A DNA stretch of 64,000 nucleotides, from the sequence record NZ_CP118109.1; one strand, given 5' to 3'. The position numbers and the translations under genes are program-made. This DNA comes from a plasmid. The notes beneath the pieces are model-generated. The model was given only the letters and a program-made list of their open reading frames with translations, had not been told where the DNA came from and did no database searches. This document shows, one piece after another, positions 18,504 through 29,601 of the stretch (position 1 is its first letter; each line of letters begins with the position of its first letter).

Positions 18504-19139
18504 TTATTCATCCTCCTTAAAGGGTTGCTGACTTGTTTTCTGAGCGTCAAGGTCATTTGTTCTGACCGCGATCTGCTCGATGCGATTAAGGAATTTTGGA
18601 GTTATCTTCTCAAATCGCATAATATATTGAATCGGACGTATGGGCACATTGACCCTTGTGTCCGAACTCACCTGATCTTCAAGCTGCTGTAAGAACGTTA
18701 GTTCATGAACACCGTTCTGTTTGAAATATCCTTTGTACATAAAGATAAAATCTTCTAGCTCTCCTGCTAATTCATCTGCTTCCTCAGCAGTCAGAGCATG
18801 CACATCGAACTGAATAGTGAATAGAAACATTTGGCCCCATAGCTCCACTATTTCACCCGGAACATATGGATGATGAATTTGTGCTCGTAGACGAGGCTTC
18901 CGATCTTTGTAGTCAGGGTCGATTACTCGGCCGATCAGCCGAAATGTAATGAGAGGAACTTCAGCCTCGTCTTTCACTGGAAAGTGTCTTTTAATTGACC
19001 CTTTCTTCTCCGCCCTTTTCCAGAGCTTATTCATTTCATCAATGAATCCTAGAAAGGTAATGGGTTTATCTGCACGGAGACGATTATCCAAGTACGGATC
19101 TTTCGTTGGATCATAGCCAGTTGGGTAATTCAGATTCAT
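18504..19139 (-). CDS. 211-aa hypothetical structural protein (baseplate/neck region)
   Basis: ORF tightly packed in the structural operon. Confidence 0.45.
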   Translation of the reverse strand: MNLNYPTGYDPTKDPYLDNRLRADKPITFLGFIDEMNKLWKRAEKKGSIKRHFPVKDEAEVPLITFRLIGRVIDPDYKDRKPRLRAQIHHPYVPGEIVELWGQMFLFTIQFDVHALTAEEADELAGELEDFIFMYKGYFKQNGVHELTFLQQLEDQVSSDTRVNVPIRPIQYIMRFEKITPKFLNRIEQIAVRTNDLDAQKTSQQPFKEDE

Positions 19140-20176
19140 GTTCTCACCCTTACTTGAGAAGTCTGTGTCATTGCATAGACTGAGAAAATAGGAACGATCT
19201 CGATTTCAATGTTGATGACTCCCCTCAGTCTATCCGGTTCCAGTGTGTAATCGTATCTCTTGATTCGCTGAGCATCCATATGGCTTTCTGCAATCGATTG
19301 AATGATTGCTTCGGCTTCGGAAATGATGTACTCAATACCGATCCTCCCTACGTATTCTTGAAGATGATCAGCAATTTCTTGAATAAGAAACTGCGCAATG
19401 CGTAGATTAGAAATATGCTTGCTTGCACTGCTGGATGTAGCGACTGCACAACTTGAGGAGGAACAGACGACTCCTTTTTTTAAGCTATCTTTAAAACAGA
19501 CGATTCCAGCAGCACTTAGCTCCTGCATATCCTCTTTTGATAGCTCCTGCTTTAATTCCACATTTAGTGTCTTATTAACAGGGCTCTTTTCTGGATTCAA
19601 TGAAGCTACAAGCCCGGCGTATACCGCTGCCGCATGATGATCTTTCATTTGATCAAACACGACTGAAAAGTATTTGCCAAGCTCCTCATCACCGTTCTCA
19701 GTTGTCTGCGTAAGAGACTTAATATCTGAATAGATGGCTCGGATGCTTTCCATTGAATCCAAGTCTTTAACGTCGAAGAATCCATGTATTAGCTGACCTT
19801 GATACTCTTTATCCTGGGCAAATTGGATGAATTTTTGGATGGCCTCCGGATGAGTATTGAAGTATACTCCGTCGATGTATATGAGATCGAATGGGAATTT
19901 AAGGAGTGCACTAAGCGATGTTTGTAACGCATTACGTTCAACTCTCATTAAATAGGCTCCCACTTGACCACCTAGATATAAATCTTTGAAGCGCTCTATT
20001 AATGGTCCTTCGCCAAAGACTTTCTCTGCTAAAGTTACACTGGTGATTGCAATAGGATCATAAAGTGATCCTTTGGTAGATTCCCCAAGAACGATGATTC
20101 GTTTACCTATCGCCAGGTTTACACTGGAATAGATATGAGGAAGTTGAAAATAATCAATATTTGGTGAGGGCTGCAT
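19136..20176 (-). CDS. 346-aa hypothetical structural protein
   Basis: ORF in operon, overlapping starts and stops. Confidence 0.45.
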   Translation of the reverse strand: MQPSPNIDYFQLPHIYSSVNLAIGKRIIVLGESTKGSLYDPIAITSVTLAEKVFGEGPLIERFKDLYLGGQVGAYLMRVERNALQTSLSALLKFPFDLIYIDGVYFNTHPEAIQKFIQFAQDKEYQGQLIHGFFDVKDLDSMESIRAIYSDIKSLTQTTENGDEELGKYFSVVFDQMKDHHAAAVYAGLVASLNPEKSPVNKTLNVELKQELSKEDMQELSAAGIVCFKDSLKKGVVCSSSSCAVATSSSASKHISNLRIAQFLIQEIADHLQEYVGRIGIEYIISEAEAIIQSIAESHMDAQRIKRYDYTLEPDRLRGVINIEIEIVPIFSVYAMTQTSQVRVRT

Positions 20177-20636
20177 TGTCTCCCGCCTCCCCCATTGAAT
20201 GCTTCAGATAAGTCACCCAGAACTCCACTCGACCGCCTTTGCCGTAAAGTGGCTCAGCTACACTTATACTGTGCTTTTGCATAATGCGAACCGGCATGCC
20301 CTTGTCCCATTGGACTTCGAGAATAAGATCATTCTCTTTCGGATTAATATCGTGTTCTAAGTAGTAGACATACTGCTTAGGAACCATGCTACCAAATGCA
20401 GCGGATCTATTCGTATTTGGCAGTGACTCCGGAAAAGAACTAAGTGTTCTTCTGGTTCTCACTTTCTCCATTGATACGACATAGGAAGTCCCGAAGCATT
20501 TAGGACAATTGCTGGTTGGCTCACCGCTTCGTTCAGAATAGCAAGCGCATCGGAATCGTGGATCACGACGAACATAAACGACATTGTGAGCATATTCATC
20601 GAAAAATTTCGCTAAATCTTCTCTAAGGTCTCTCAT
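20154..20636 (-). CDS. 160-aa protein with Cys4 zinc-ribbon (CACY..CPKC)
   Basis: ORF; CxC...CxxC motif. Confidence 0.45.
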   Translation of the reverse strand: MRDLREDLAKFFDEYAHNVVYVRRDPRFRCACYSERSGEPTSNCPKCFGTSYVVSMEKVRTRRTLSSFPESLPNTNRSAAFGSMVPKQYVYYLEHDINPKENDLILEVQWDKGMPVRIMQKHSISVAEPLYGKGGRVEFWVTYLKHSMGEAGDNAALTKY

Positions 20637-21451
20637 TATTCAAGACCTCTGTCGTCTGGTGTCGCGCCGTTATTTACTTTCATCGAAGCGCTAACTGGCG
20701 TTGCGTATCCGCGCTTATTACGTCCCATCATAGCGTCCATCCAGAACTTATGATCTCCAGACAAGGTTTCAAGTGTCTGCTTGATCAGGTTGATCGGAAC
20801 AGTTGCACTTGAGTTGCCGCTTGAAGTAGTAGAAGAAGATCCTCCCGGAACAATTCGGAAATCGCCCAGCTGAACCTCGTCTCCCCCATTAACACTAATG
20901 GTTTCATTTGGGTTCCCGATGTTTTGCTGATCCATGACAGTAACAAGCAAAGAGGATAATAGATTAATCGCTGCTTCATATACGACAAACTTCTGAGTAG
21001 GGTAATAAGAAGTATCACGCTCTTCTAGTAAGTCATATCTATTGTTGTTCGCATCGATAATCATATCTTGAAGCTGATGAGCTTTTTGGCCGGCATCTCG
21101 CAGGGCAACGTATAATTCGTATACGGTGAAATAACTCATCAACTGACGAAGCAATGGTCTTAGCTCTACCGGCTTAGCATACAATGGGCTGAACTCTGTA
21201 CTGATTACGGAGACACTAGGCTCTTCTAAAGCGTCACCATCTGCATTCTTAACCCCGTCCACCACAACAGTGTAGTTGTGATTCAGGAGTATAGAATCTA
21301 CTGGTTTAACTACAAGCTTTCGAATCCCTCGACCCGCCGATTTCGCATCTTCAAGCGTAATCTCCGTTCCGTCATCCAGAATGACAAAGAAATTTACATT
21401 CATTCCGAACATACTAGGAGGAATATAGTCTTTGTATCCAATGTCCATCAT
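20636..21451 (-). CDS. 271-aa hypothetical structural protein
   Basis: ORF in operon. Confidence 0.45.
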   Translation of the reverse strand: MMDIGYKDYIPPSMFGMNVNFFVILDDGTEITLEDAKSAGRGIRKLVVKPVDSILLNHNYTVVVDGVKNADGDALEEPSVSVISTEFSPLYAKPVELRPLLRQLMSYFTVYELYVALRDAGQKAHQLQDMIIDANNNRYDLLEERDTSYYPTQKFVVYEAAINLLSSLLVTVMDQQNIGNPNETISVNGGDEVQLGDFRIVPGGSSSTTSSGNSSATVPINLIKQTLETLSGDHKFWMDAMMGRNKRGYATPVSASMKVNNGATPDDRGLE

Positions 21452-22044
21452 TTCACCACCTTTTCTAAAGTTCGCAGCAGCGTCCCGTTCGGATGTATAA
21501 ATTCGAACTGATAGGACCCCGGATACAATGATGTATGCCAGTGACCTTGCGCATCTGTCGATATCGTATCGATCAGCGTCTTTTTATCCTGACTCCATAT
21601 GCGAACGACTGCGAGCTTCACAGGCCCGCCCGCCATTACGACCGTTGTCGGAAGTCCTGAAGGAGTAAGAATAGTAAGATCAGATACTGCTACTTTTTGG
21701 GTAGGTGTAGACGATGAATCATTACTGGAGCCAATGACTCTAAATCGCTCTAAGACTGTATATAATTCTCCATCAATTGTTGCTTCGTAAGTGATTACAT
21801 AATGCCCGGTATTAAAGCTTTCAGGCACAGTAAAACTCTTCATATATAAGCCATTTTTTGCTTCTTCAAGTGTAACATGGGCCACTTGAGTAAGACCATT
21901 TGAGCTATAATACTCAACGATTGCAGTGGGAAAGAAATCGGCAGGAATGGGCATGCTTTCTTCATCATAGGTCAATAATTCTAAGATAATCTCTTGGTTC
22001 TTCGCATATTCTCCAATGTGCTTCATGGCGATGCCTTCCTTCAC
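21448..22044 (-). CDS. 198-aa hypothetical structural protein
   Basis: ORF with RBS GAAGGAAGG. Confidence 0.45.
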   Translation of the reverse strand: MKEGIAMKHIGEYAKNQEIILELLTYDEESMPIPADFFPTAIVEYYSSNGLTQVAHVTLEEAKNGLYMKSFTVPESFNTGHYVITYEATIDGELYTVLERFRVIGSSNDSSSTPTQKVAVSDLTILTPSGLPTTVVMAGGPVKLAVVRIWSQDKKTLIDTISTDAQGHWHTSLYPGSYQFEFIHPNGTLLRTLEKVVK

Positions 22045-22060
22045 TCATTTTTATGTATAT

Positions 22061-22078
22061 CCCCTCATAATCGAGGGG
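22061..22078 (-). other. Stem-loop CCCCTC-N6-GAGGGG between the fibre gene and the next gene
   Basis: 6-bp stem, weak T context. Confidence 0.3.
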
Positions 22079-22086
22079 AAATTGTG

Positions 22087-23463
22087 CTACTCTACGTTGT
22101 TGACTTGATACTTGATTGTTACCAAGTCGCCTGTAATAAGAGTCGTTCCGTCGCCAACATCGAAGTTGATCGACAAGCCGCCAGCAACTTCTGCATAGTT
22201 GAGCCCTTCATGCTGCAAGCCACCGTTGATATAAACGTCAAGCGTCATGTCTCCGACTTGATAAGGAGGCAGATCCTCTACGTTGAAGTCAGCAAGCTGT
22301 ACAACAGATTCTCCGCCGTTTGCGACATAAACTGCTTTAGGGTGACGGTGAATATCTTTACCTGCCTTAAGCGTTCCATCTTCATTCAGAGCGCGATCCA
22401 GGCGAGCATCGATGGTTTCTGCGGTACCGCGTGCTGCTGTGACTTCTGTTTCCAGATCAGTCGCACGCCCAGCGAGTGCTTCTTCGGCCGCCTCAGCTCT
22501 TTCCTTCTCATCTGCTACTTGCTTAGCAAGAGCAGCAGCGTCAGCTTCAAGACGATCATTCAGTGCCTCATGTTCGCCAGTAAGCGTGGATACCCGAGCA
22601 GCATCTACTTCAACTTGAGTTGTAGTTCCGCCGTTTGAGATTCCAGTAAGAGCCTCAAAGATTTCAGCTAGTACTGCTTCAACCGTAGCGCCTGCGAAGT
22701 GTCCAGCTTCATCCTGTACGCCAATGGTGCTTGCACCTTTGCCAGCTTCATTACTTGCGAAGTCAGTACGAATTGCCTGATCAGCAGCAATACGAGCTTG
22801 AATCTCATCTGCGATTTGCTGAACAATTGCTTTAGGCAAGTTGCCGTTACCATCGCGATCCAGAGAGAACCCTGCGCCGTAAAGGTCTTGTGCCAGCTGG
22901 TTGATGTTCAGGTGAGCTGTTGCATCAGCCGTACCTTCAGCAAACTTCTCGTTCGCTGCGAACATCTCCGAAACCGTCTGAAGGTTGAAGCGTTTCAGGT
23001 ATTGCCAGTCGATCTTCTGTCCTTCAGGCATTGTGAATGGAACTTCACCTGCGCCGTCAGGAGAGTAGAATTTCAGAACGAAGACGCCGCCTTCGAAAGT
23101 CATTCGACCGAATACTTCTTGGTCTTTATCATCCAGAACCGGTTCGCCGGTTACAACGTCACGGAGGATTACTTTATTCTTTGGCGCATCAACGATAACG
23201 CCTTCACCGGAAAGTGGGTCAGACAACACGTTTGGCACGGTTGCCGGAATGATTTCAGAGACATCCAGATTGGCTACGCCGGATACATCTGTCGCAATGA
23301 CTTGAATGTAGTCGGCAACTTTCTTGCCTTCTAGTGCCGTCTGATAATGCTCTTCCCAGTTAACCGCCAGTTTCGACTCAGCAATGGCTGCATCATCGGC
23401 AATATGGCTGTTTTTCAATACGGCATCTCTAATTTGTTCACCACGAAAACGAGTAATTGCCAT
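22087..23463 (-). CDS. 458-aa tail fibre-like protein with central Ala/Glu-rich coiled coil
   Basis: N-terminal AITRFRGEQIRDAVLKNSHIADDAAIAESKL resembles Bacillus phage fibre N-termini; long heptad-like ALAKQVADEKERAEAAEEALAGRATDLETEV segment. Confidence 0.5.
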   Translation of the reverse strand: MAITRFRGEQIRDAVLKNSHIADDAAIAESKLAVNWEEHYQTALEGKKVADYIQVIATDVSGVANLDVSEIIPATVPNVLSDPLSGEGVIVDAPKNKVILRDVVTGEPVLDDKDQEVFGRMTFEGGVFVLKFYSPDGAGEVPFTMPEGQKIDWQYLKRFNLQTVSEMFAANEKFAEGTADATAHLNINQLAQDLYGAGFSLDRDGNGNLPKAIVQQIADEIQARIAADQAIRTDFASNEAGKGASTIGVQDEAGHFAGATVEAVLAEIFEALTGISNGGTTTQVEVDAARVSTLTGEHEALNDRLEADAAALAKQVADEKERAEAAEEALAGRATDLETEVTAARGTAETIDARLDRALNEDGTLKAGKDIHRHPKAVYVANGGESVVQLADFNVEDLPPYQVGDMTLDVYINGGLQHEGLNYAEVAGGLSINFDVGDGTTLITGDLVTIKYQVNNVE

Positions 23464-23477
23464 GTGTGTTTCACTCC

Positions 23478-23771
23478 TTAAAGGATTAATATATAGTCAC
23501 AAATCACAGCATCCTCTGATTCCAATGGAAAGTTAAACCTGAACTTCTGACTACTCAGCTCTATATAATCGTTGTCTTCGCCCTCATGCATTCTCATGCC
23601 GTTTAGACTGACGAATAGTGTCCCTGAGACAAAAGCATTCTTTGTGAGAAAGGTCTGGCTGTCCACGGAATCCGGAATAGGTGATTCATTTCTAACTGAT
23701 GTCATTTGGTTCGTCACCCGAACCGGCATTGCATTTCCGCCCTTCTTTCTGATCTCAGCCATCTCACTCAA
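23478..23771 (-). CDS. 97-aa hypothetical protein
   Basis: ORF in operon. Confidence 0.4.
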   Translation of the reverse strand: MSEMAEIRKKGGNAMPVRVTNQMTSVRNESPIPDSVDSQTFLTKNAFVSGTLFVSLNGMRMHEGEDNDYIELSSQKFRFNFPLESEDAVICDYILIL

Positions 23772-23777
23772 CCTCTC

Positions 23778-24923
23778 TTAGTTTTTTTCAGAAACGACAT
23801 AGACCGTTTCTTCATCAATACTCTTCGGATCAACCTCTTGGCTAAACTCAATGATGATGCTAGATAAGTCTGTGACCATCAAGGAGCCGTTCTTTGGCTT
23901 AACTGAGCTTACGGCCAATACTGGCGCTATCTCTTCAAGCTGAGCTGCGAAGTAATCTCTTAGGGTATCGATCTCAGATGCTGGCGTGGTTTCCCTGCCC
24001 ACGAGTACATCCTGTTTTACAGCGTTGGCAATTCTGAACTCTATTGCATCCTCAGCTTGCAGCGGCTCTACAAACATCATGAAATATTTATCTACTTCAC
24101 GATAGTCTCCATCCGTCACTGTTGGTCCTGAGCAAGGCTGCAATTTCATACCATTCAAGTAGACACTTAACTGCCCGATGCCTGGCGTGTATGGCTTATC
24201 CATGCGGAATAGCACTTCCCCACCCTCAGCCTGTAGCGTTTTAACATGGTCAATGTTAACCGTCTCTTTTTCAGGAGGAGGCTCGGTCTCATCAATTCCA
24301 TCATAGTGATAACGAATCGGATTCGAATAAGCACTTTTCACTCCTTGAATATTGACCGCTCTAATTCGGGCATAGTAGGTAACCCCTTTTTGGTAATCAA
24401 TATCAGGCACCACCTGTGTATCAAAGATCAAACCCGTATTCTGGTGTGGCCAAACCAATACATCGAATGTATTGCTCTTGGATATCTCCAGCTCGTAGTG
24501 ATCTGCTCTGTCTACCGGCAGCCAGGTGAATTTAACATCACCTGTGATTTCGGATAGATCTGTAGGCGATGTGATTAGAGGACGTGCCATTCGAGTCTCA
24601 TTACCGGTTACAAATTCAAACTTGTAACTTTGTAGAAGCGGACGCTCGGTAATATCCCGAATGCCACCTTCTCCCCCGCCAACCAGCTCCACTTGATAAT
24701 GCGTTAGTGGTTCGAGTCTTCTGGCTGGCAGGATTTTAAGTAGCTTGTCTTTATATGCAACGCTGATCTCTTCGCCCTTCTGTGTCTTCAGGTTTAAGAG
24801 CATGACGTTATTTGTATTAATGGATTCTTTAAAGATATCGAATAGAAAAGTGACCTCAATATCGCTATCGAGATCAACTTTCTGACTTAGATGCACCGGA
24901 AACGTTCGAAGGACCAGACTCAT
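23778..24923 (-). CDS. 381-aa baseplate/fibre-associated protein with FN3-like segment
   Basis: FTWLPVDRADHYELEISKSNTF resembles a fibronectin type III strand pattern. Confidence 0.4.
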   Translation of the reverse strand: MSLVLRTFPVHLSQKVDLDSDIEVTFLFDIFKESINTNNVMLLNLKTQKGEEISVAYKDKLLKILPARRLEPLTHYQVELVGGGEGGIRDITERPLLQSYKFEFVTGNETRMARPLITSPTDLSEITGDVKFTWLPVDRADHYELEISKSNTFDVLVWPHQNTGLIFDTQVVPDIDYQKGVTYYARIRAVNIQGVKSAYSNPIRYHYDGIDETEPPPEKETVNIDHVKTLQAEGGEVLFRMDKPYTPGIGQLSVYLNGMKLQPCSGPTVTDGDYREVDKYFMMFVEPLQAEDAIEFRIANAVKQDVLVGRETTPASEIDTLRDYFAAQLEEIAPVLAVSSVKPKNGSLMVTDLSSIIIEFSQEVDPKSIDEETVYVVSEKN

Positions 24924-25231
24924 GATGTCGTCACCTGCAATTTATAATCTACAAGGATTGTGGAGTTTTTAGGCGGCGGCTCAGTGAAGGTAATCTCCTT
25001 GCCGTTAACAACATAGTCGTAATCCGCTCCGCGTCTAAGTCTCATCCCATTCCGAAAGACCTTGTAAGAGTTCTTAATAGGGTTATTCGCTAAAACGAAT
25101 ATCTTATTAACTCCATCTACTGCGCCAAAGGGCTGTTCGCCATCCACGTCGTTTTCGCCGCTGAAATCCGGCATTGTTCCGACCTTCATGCGATACTTAG
25201 GATGAGTAGGGTGCTTGGTTACATGAGCCAT
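24920..25231 (-). CDS. 103-aa hypothetical protein
   Basis: ORF in operon. Confidence 0.4.
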   Translation of the reverse strand: MAHVTKHPTHPKYRMKVGTMPDFSGENDVDGEQPFGAVDGVNKIFVLANNPIKNSYKVFRNGMRLRRGADYDYVVNGKEITFTEPPPKNSTILVDYKLQVTTS

Positions 25232-25244
25232 GTTCTTTCCTCCT

Positions 25245-25757
25245 TTACTTCCACATTAGACAGTAATCATATACAGCTGGTCTTACTGTTCCGGTGTATT
25301 TGCAGTCAATTCGAATTTGTACAAACTTCGTGGGCGTACTCAGGTAAACAGCAACATCTGTTGTCATCTTCTGCCACGGTGAACTTGTATTCACACGATA
25401 GTAGTAATCGACAGATGCACCATTCGCTACGTCCACCTCTTGATTCGCAAGCAAATATAACTCATCTGTTGTTGCTGGTAGCTCATGGAGCACAGAGATC
25501 CATGAGTCTGCTTTAATGGAGTTCGTTAGAGTATCCAGAATTGCAGTACTCGATGGATCTTTGTACACCTCATCCACAAACGGCTCTGCAAAGTAGAGCT
25601 TATATGGAGAGCACAGCAACAGCATGTCATATCGCTCGTACATGGTTTTCAGCTTAATCGCTTCCGAAATGTTTTTCTGCATCGTATTCAAGTGAAAGTC
25701 GTGCAGTACTTGTCCATCCAGAAAGGCGATCCGCTTCATGTAGTTAGGTGTAGCCAT
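25245..25757 (-). CDS. 170-aa hypothetical protein
   Basis: ORF in operon. Confidence 0.4.
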   Translation of the reverse strand: MATPNYMKRIAFLDGQVLHDFHLNTMQKNISEAIKLKTMYERYDMLLLCSPYKLYFAEPFVDEVYKDPSSTAILDTLTNSIKADSWISVLHELPATTDELYLLANQEVDVANGASVDYYYRVNTSSPWQKMTTDVAVYLSTPTKFVQIRIDCKYTGTVRPAVYDYCLMWK

Positions 25758-25774
25758 GCTGTCACCGTCCTATT

Positions 25775-27520
25775 TTAGATTGTCATTGACCAGGTTACTC
25801 TCATGCCTGTGCTTGCGTCTTTAGTAACAGGACCGATACCGGAGATATTAGACATCTTTCCTTCTTCCTGCTCAGCAAACATACCTACTTGATAGATTAC
25901 GTGTGTAGTTTCGCTGTACTGGTACACTACATTCACGCTGTCTGTATCTTGAAGAGAGACTTTGAACGTAATTTGTTTCCCGTCAGCGGACACATCATAA
26001 CCAGTGCCTTCAACCTGAGCCACACCGTTCAGCGTTACGGCAAGGATGAATTTACCCTCAGAATCTTTAGTAGCAGCCTTATTGAGAGTGTAAGTCGTTA
26101 CAGCAGAAGATACGTTCAGTGTTTCTGTTTTCTCCACGTTCATTGGGCCTGGAACTCCTTTAGGGAAGTCAGCTACAAATTGAACGGTAGTACCACTGTT
26201 TACTCGATATTCGAATGTCAACAGTCCTGGAGTTTCTACGACTGGAGGCTTCTTCGAAGGATCAAGAGCATCTACTCCTTGCGGTGCGAGACTGAATTGG
26301 ATAATGCCTTTGCCAGAGTTAACGATCCATACATCGCCTTTGCCGATGCTAAGGCCTTTGTCTACGATCTTGTACTCTTTAACGGTGTTATCCAATGCTT
26401 GATGCTTAACGGATACAAGTTCCATGATTGGTGCGTCTGCCATTTCAAAAGTCAGATGGCTATTGTCCAGCTGATCTTGGAAACGAACGATCACCTTCAC
26501 TCCCTCCGCTGGCGCTTCAGCAAACACGACATTCGATCCTTCCAATGTAACTGTTACGTCTGTTGCATCAGTTTCCAGTTTAGCGCTTAGAATTTTAAGC
26601 ACTTTATTTTCTGGATTCAGCGGGAACGATGTTGCTGCTCCGTCACCCGTTACCGTAATGACTTTCTCAGAGAAAGTAATCGGCTTGGTCGGGAAGACTT
26701 CCACTTCCGGATCGCCCATGCTAATTAGCGAAGGATACTGAATCAACTGACGAGCTCCAGCGTATTCTCCATCCATTTTGATTCGAAGCTTATCAGATTC
26801 AGCGAACTCAACCGGCTTATTTTCTGGATGCCCTTCTGGCTTTCCGCCGAGCCCCATAAAGCCCAAGGAGTAGAACAGCTTGAATTGATAATCTGCTTTG
26901 ACGTTCGTCTTAGCTGCAGCAAAGTAAACCTTACCAAGCTTGTAGTCGATACCGTACTGCTTGTTCTCTTCCGAAGGAACATCTGCAAGCGTATATGCTT
27001 CTCCGCCCACAGTAATTGTCTCTGAACCCGCTACGACCTCAGCATATTCGGAAGCTACTTTCCGGAACTTCACTGTAACTGTATTTTTAGGTGCAACCGC
27101 AAATTTCAATGTTGCAGCGTCAGGGTCTTTAATCGATACGTCTTTATTTAACACAAGGGCTTGGCCATCAGCCTCTACAGAAATGACACTCAAGAGCCGT
27201 GTGATATCCGGAATAACAAGATCTGTGCTTGTATTAGCGGAACCTACATCAGTCGTGTAGGTTCCTTCGGATTCACAGGCAATTGAGAGATCAAATTCGT
27301 AAACGCCTTTTGCATTTGGTGCAAGCGCCGTTTCACCCTTGTCTGTTTGCTTCGCACGAGTCTTGCCAGCCGGATCAGCCATCATTTGTGCAATGATGTT
27401 ATTCAGGCTATGAACGGCAATGTTTTTCTTCTCTTTTGTGAAGAAAACACCCTCATGATCGTTATACATTTCAAGTTTAACGCGGCCCTTAGCGTTTAGG
27501 TTAGTTTCATCTCTAAACAT
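25775..27520 (-). CDS. 581-aa hypothetical structural protein
   Basis: ORF; beta-rich composition. Confidence 0.45.
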   Translation of the reverse strand: MFRDETNLNAKGRVKLEMYNDHEGVFFTKEKKNIAVHSLNNIIAQMMADPAGKTRAKQTDKGETALAPNAKGVYEFDLSIACESEGTYTTDVGSANTSTDLVIPDITRLLSVISVEADGQALVLNKDVSIKDPDAATLKFAVAPKNTVTVKFRKVASEYAEVVAGSETITVGGEAYTLADVPSEENKQYGIDYKLGKVYFAAAKTNVKADYQFKLFYSLGFMGLGGKPEGHPENKPVEFAESDKLRIKMDGEYAGARQLIQYPSLISMGDPEVEVFPTKPITFSEKVITVTGDGAATSFPLNPENKVLKILSAKLETDATDVTVTLEGSNVVFAEAPAEGVKVIVRFQDQLDNSHLTFEMADAPIMELVSVKHQALDNTVKEYKIVDKGLSIGKGDVWIVNSGKGIIQFSLAPQGVDALDPSKKPPVVETPGLLTFEYRVNSGTTVQFVADFPKGVPGPMNVEKTETLNVSSAVTTYTLNKAATKDSEGKFILAVTLNGVAQVEGTGYDVSADGKQITFKVSLQDTDSVNVVYQYSETTHVIYQVGMFAEQEEGKMSNISGIGPVTKDASTGMRVTWSMTI

Positions 27521-27540
27521 TGTCTGTTATCCCCCTATTC

Positions 27541-29601
27541 TTAGAATCCGCCTTTAAAAGCGTCCCCGTTTTTATTCAGTAGCTTAATTGTCCAAGTGAC
27601 ACGGATTCCTGTCGTAACATCTTTCACGGTATCGCCAACACGTACTAAGGAGTAAGCGTCAACTGGGAATCCAGTAAATCCCTCAATTTCATCATCCTTA
27701 CGTGGCCCGTTGAACAATCCCATTTCACGAATCGTCACGTTGTATGCCGGTACTTGCTCAGGGAACTCAGCGATGAAGCTTACTGTTCCTTTATCAAGCT
27801 GGTACCAAGGATAAGCTGTTCCCGCTTTTGGCTTCTCAATGACAGCTCGTGCATAGCCTGTCTCGAATCCTGGAAGTTCCTCAGAAGTATAGTAAATATC
27901 GTAGTTCACGATAGCAGTGCCTTCTGCATCCAGAGTGCTAATGACGATCGATTTCTTATCTTCCGAAAGTTTGAACTTTCCAGTGTTAAATTCATCGTCT
28001 GTTGCTACCAGTGCTAGTTCTTTTCCTGTATTAGCATCAAATACAGTTACTTCTTTCAAGACAGCTGGTGCATTGTACACCTTGCCAGCAGTAGTATAGC
28101 GGTAGTCAGCTGTAATGACTGCGTCTGCTGCAGGAGCATTTGAGAAGGTAATCACGCCTTTGCTGTGACCGAATCCAGTGGTAACGACTTCACCGTTAAC
28201 TTTAAGAACAAGCGATGAGCCTACTACATTCGTATTGGCAAGGTTAAACACCGACACTGTGCCATCGCCTGTACCTACAGCTTCACCGGTTACATTGGAA
28301 GTTACGGTTTGATTCGTCAGTGTTGCAGCTGCTTTCAAATCGTATCTTTCGCCGGTGATATCATAAGTGATGTGCAATCCACTCAGCGTTTTATTAAATT
28401 CAAGCGTTCCTTTTTTCTCATCAAGGAAGTACTTGCCGTCTGCAAGATCAGCTCGATCTTCAACTCGCTCGAAAGTTTCATCTTCATAAGAAACCTCAAG
28501 ACTCTCAGGAACAACAGGGAAATGCTCCAGCTGCGCCGCATAAGGAGGGTTTGTTGAAGTGCTGTATGACGTAATGGTTTGGAACGATTTTGTGAAGTTT
28601 TCAAACTCATGCGCCAAGCCGTTCATTGCTTCAGTAAGACCATCTGAACGAAGTCCAGTAATCACTACATTTGCTCCCTCAGTAATCGAAGGATCTTTTC
28701 CTGTAAAGCGAAGTTCAACTTCATGAGAAGTTTCGCGATCAAGATCTGCAAATACTTTTTCGGCAGCAACCGGTTCTGCAAGGGAAGAATCGTAGGTCTC
28801 AATGGTCTCTTTCAAAGCACCATCAACATAAACTCCGATTTGTCCACCCGTATTGGATTTTTCGTATTTCACAACAAGGCGCCCTAGCTTCTCAGTGAGC
28901 TTCAATGAAGCATTCTCTGTAGTTGCTGCTGCCTTGCCTTCAGCTACCTCAAATCCGCCAGCCATTGCGATGCGCGCATCTTCGAAATCAATTGCACGAT
29001 CTTTCCCGTCACCCAATCCAATGAACATATTGGTTTGAGCACTATAAATCTCAGATGTAATAGGAATCGCACCAGAAGAAGATTTTGTAGAAATGCTGAA
29101 TGCTTTCTTGCCTACCTGCTCAGACACTTCTTCTTTCAGATATACCGTTTTTGGACGGTAACTGTAAGTGATATTAAACTGACTGTCGTCTACTGCTTTC
29201 CAGAAAACATTCGGCGCGAAGTTGAGTTGATCTACCCCATCCACTGCACTAGAAATGTTATCAGTCAAGCCAATATGGAATTTCTGTGTGACACCATTCG
29301 TTGCTTTTGGTGTGCGGTTTTTGTAAAGAGTACGATCCGGATCGCCAGAGAACGCACGGAGCATAATTTCTTCGGCACCATCGACAACCAAGTTTGGTTG
29401 ATCCGCAAGCACGCCTAAGCTGTTGCCAGCCTCGTCGATTCTTTCGATCATGATATGACCCTTCGTTTCAAATTCGAAAGTATCATTCAATCCTCCATTG
29501 GCTTTTGGAGAAATTGCGGACTGAAATCTTTTCATGTAAGATTCCTTCTTAGGTCCATCTGGAAGCTTGCTCAGCAATGCATTGATTGCTTTTAAATTCA
29601 T
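27541..29601 (-). CDS. 686-aa hypothetical structural protein (start moved to MNLKAINALL, TAATG-coupled to upstream stop)
   Basis: Track ORF 27541..29658; the internal ATG at 29601 has RBS AAGGAG and overlaps the stop of the upstream gene by 1 nt. Confidence 0.45.
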   Translation of the reverse strand: MNLKAINALLSKLPDGPKKESYMKRFQSAISPKANGGLNDTFEFETKGHIMIERIDEAGNSLGVLADQPNLVVDGAEEIMLRAFSGDPDRTLYKNRTPKATNGVTQKFHIGLTDNISSAVDGVDQLNFAPNVFWKAVDDSQFNITYSYRPKTVYLKEEVSEQVGKKAFSISTKSSSGAIPITSEIYSAQTNMFIGLGDGKDRAIDFEDARIAMAGGFEVAEGKAAATTENASLKLTEKLGRLVVKYEKSNTGGQIGVYVDGALKETIETYDSSLAEPVAAEKVFADLDRETSHEVELRFTGKDPSITEGANVVITGLRSDGLTEAMNGLAHEFENFTKSFQTITSYSTSTNPPYAAQLEHFPVVPESLEVSYEDETFERVEDRADLADGKYFLDEKKGTLEFNKTLSGLHITYDITGERYDLKAAATLTNQTVTSNVTGEAVGTGDGTVSVFNLANTNVVGSSLVLKVNGEVVTTGFGHSKGVITFSNAPAADAVITADYRYTTAGKVYNAPAVLKEVTVFDANTGKELALVATDDEFNTGKFKLSEDKKSIVISTLDAEGTAIVNYDIYYTSEELPGFETGYARAVIEKPKAGTAYPWYQLDKGTVSFIAEFPEQVPAYNVTIREMGLFNGPRKDDEIEGFTGFPVDAYSLVRVGDTVKDVTTGIRVTWTIKLLNKNGDAFKGGF